Of a stretch of 64,000 bases of DNA, positions 61,510 through 64,000 are shown piece by piece. Where the stretch lies: contig NC_090361.1 in the NCBI RefSeq assembly GCF_035084215.1, positions 1,922,001-1,986,000 on the forward strand. Direction: 5' to 3'. This DNA comes from Heptranchias perlo (lineage: Eukaryota). Numbering within the stretch: the first letter of the stretch is position 1; each line of letters starts with the position of its first letter. The translations under genes were made by a program, and so were the position numbers. Below the pieces are notes generated by a model. That model ran no database searches and was not told the DNA's origin. It was given only the letters and a program-made list of their open reading frames with translations.

Positions 61510-61900
61510 TTCAGTTTATGAATGCAATCCAGTGCGGAATTGAGTCATATAGACAAGGAAGATCCCAGTTTCAATCCCTGCTTTCTGCTGAGTTAAGCTG
61601 ACCTGAACTAGGGTGGCAGTGTTTGGTGGGGGGGGTGTGGGGGCTGCACGATTGGTCTCAATGATTTGGGCTAGGATGCCAGAGTTCAGAATCCCGACAC
61701 TGATATGTGCTCGAAAGTGTAGGTGTATGGACATGGGTTGAGAACAGGACCTGTTTAACTGTGATGCCTTCTATGGTCAAATAGCCAGCCAACACTTGCT
61801 GTCTGGACTCATAAATGAAGAATGGCCACTTGGATGAGATACTGGAAGGCAGTCATTGGCCACAGAACAAGAGTCAGTCCCCTGGAGAGAGGAGGGTCAA
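61510..61900 (+). mobile_element. AmnSINE2-like SINE copy
   Basis: Same motif chain as 12230-12640. Confidence 0.6.
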
Positions 61901-62765
61901 AAACTGAAAGAACCAAAATGGTGGGGGGAGTGGGTCCCACAGTGTGAGCTCAGGATCTGTCTCAGTGTCGGAGTATGACTTGATTCTGCAGATCGGATTT
62001 TATTTTTTAAAGTTATACTGAAGCCGCAGGTTTCCTGTTGAGCTCATCACCAGATTACCACGCGAAGGGGTACAAAACTCACCCGCAGAATACAATCTCC
62101 TTAAATCAGGAGGCAGTGTTCATAGTGGCAGTATGGGCCGTGTGCTTTCAGGGGATGGGACTACAAGGCAGGATGTGTAGAGCAGACATTTTATATTAAA
62201 AAAACAGTTTCGTTACAGCTTCTGAGCAGCCCCATCTTGTATTAAACCACATCCTGTCTGCAAGGAAACAGGCCCAACTCTCTGCTGGTGCGATGCAGGG
62301 ATTTGTCACTAACTGCATGTGGTTCCTCCTTTTCTCCCCTCCTCTCATGAAGGTGCTGACTCTTGCTGGGATACAATTCTACTGGGATGGGTAACCTCTG
62401 GTACCCAGACCATTCCCCTGATTAACGCTGTTGAAAGGGGACATTGCACACAATCCACAAGCATTATACAGGGATATGTCAGTACTGTTACTAGGTATTA
62501 CAGGCTTTCTTTCATTGTGTGCTTTAATGCTTAAAGCCAGTGGTTAGGAAGATTGAATGGGCTAGTTGAAGATTGAAAGAGCTAGTTGTGAGCAGTGGGG
62601 CCAGGTGTGGTTAGGCTAACTCAGCTTTGACCCTGAATCTGATAGCTCCTGGTCTGTGAGGATTAATAACAGGCCCAGCAGTTACCCACACAGCCACTGA
62701 GGGAGCTATCATTGCACCGAAATATATAGGGGCCAGAGTGAAATAGAGGAGCAAGGCAGAGATAC

Positions 62766-63322
62766 CGTGCTTGGGCCCCAGCTATTCACAATCTATATCA
62801 ATGATTTGAATGAGGGGACCAAATGTAATATTTCCAAGTTTGCTGATGACACAAAACTAGGTGGGAATGTGAGTTGTGAGGAGGATGCAAAGAAGCAAGG
62901 GTTGGCGGGATTGTCGTATGAGGAGAGATTGAGTAGACTAGGCCTGTAGAGTTTAGAAGAATGAGAGGTGATCTCATTGAAACATACAAAATTCATACTG
63001 GGCTCGACAGGCTAGATGCAGGGAGGATATTTCTCCTGGCTGGGGAATCTAGAACCAGGGGTCACAGACTCAGAATAAGGGGTTTGCCATTTAGGTCAGA
63101 GATGAGGAGAAATTTCTTCACTCAGATGGTGGTGAATTCTCTACCCCAGAGGGCTGTGGAGGCTCAGTCATCGAGTACATTCAAAACAGAGATCGATAGA
63201 TTTCTAGATATTAAAGGCATCAAGGGATATGGGGATAGTGCAGGAAAATGGCCATGATCTTGTTGAATGGCGGAGCAGGCTCAAGGGGCCGGATGGCCTA
63301 CTCGTGCTCCTAATTCTTATGT
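62766..63322 (+). mobile_element. CR1 3' fragment with internal deletion
   Basis: LGPQLFTIYINDL..FADDTK joined to LSYEERLSRLGL..MRGDLIETYK. Confidence 0.9.
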
Positions 63323-64000
63323 AGGTACAGTATTAAGGGGAGAAGAGTAGGATGGAGGGATAAATATGGAGAGGAGTAGGTTAGAAAGGTTGCACAATGA
63401 GGAGGGGAGGGTGACATAGAGGAAGCACACAGTGGGGGAAGGGATGAGCAGTTTAGAGGACAGTCAGGGTTCAGGGTGGGGGAACAAAAATACCAGGTTA
63501 TAAAGGAGCCGGACAACAGACACAGGTACACGTCCTCCCCTGGTGGGATGTCCAAACCCAGGTCCCATTGGCTCGCAATTACCGGACTTCTTTTTTGACT
63601 TCAATTTCCCAACTTGGGATTTTAACTCATAATCTCTGGGTTGCTAGTCCAGTACCATAACCACAAGGCTGCCACATCATAATAATACACAATGCTCAAC
63701 AGGATAAGTTGGAGACACCGAACCTAACATTTCCCATCAGTGTTACTGCGTTGCTCCTGGCCCCATACTGGAGTCCCAGTACCAATCCCGACAAGGTATT
63801 ATTATCCTGGAGCCAGTCATCTGACAACAATCTGTGCTCATTCACCAAGGGATACCGATGGGAGGATTGATGAGGTATTATCACATGCACTTTCCAGCAG
63901 GGACCAGTGGGTAGTGATCAGGAGCTGGAGTCATTGCTGTCCCCCCCCCCACCTCATCTTCCGGCCTAGGGCTGCTAAGGCCAATTGTAGCATGTCCCAT

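Overview
Vertebrate genomic DNA, most likely a cartilaginous fish (shark), judged from the CR1, DeuSINE and Penelope repeat content; it is not prokaryotic. Protein-coding genes: a single-coding-exon sphingosine-1-phosphate receptor (S1PR5-like, +), a complete KEAP1 (6 coding exons, 586 aa, +), a complete SPC24 kinetochore gene (5 coding exons, 198 aa, -) and the first two coding exons of a DENND1C-like gene (+). An unprocessed beta-tubulin pseudogene lies just upstream of DENND1C, where TUBB4A sits in human. Most notable observations: SPC24 has two U12 minor-spliceosome introns (one AT-AC, one GT-AG); a complete inverted-pLTR Penelope-type insertion has 199-bp perfect arms, a tail, a TSD and hammerhead-ribozyme motifs with base changes consistent with the fold; a consensus ARE lies in the putative KEAP1 promoter; KEAP1 lacks the C-terminal C622/C624 sensor; SPC24 has a poly-G minisatellite and a CpG-rich 5'UTR tandem repeat. 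The rest is mostly LINE/SINE debris. Gene identities come from remembered protein sequences and exon sizes, not database searches. Repeat boundaries are approximate.
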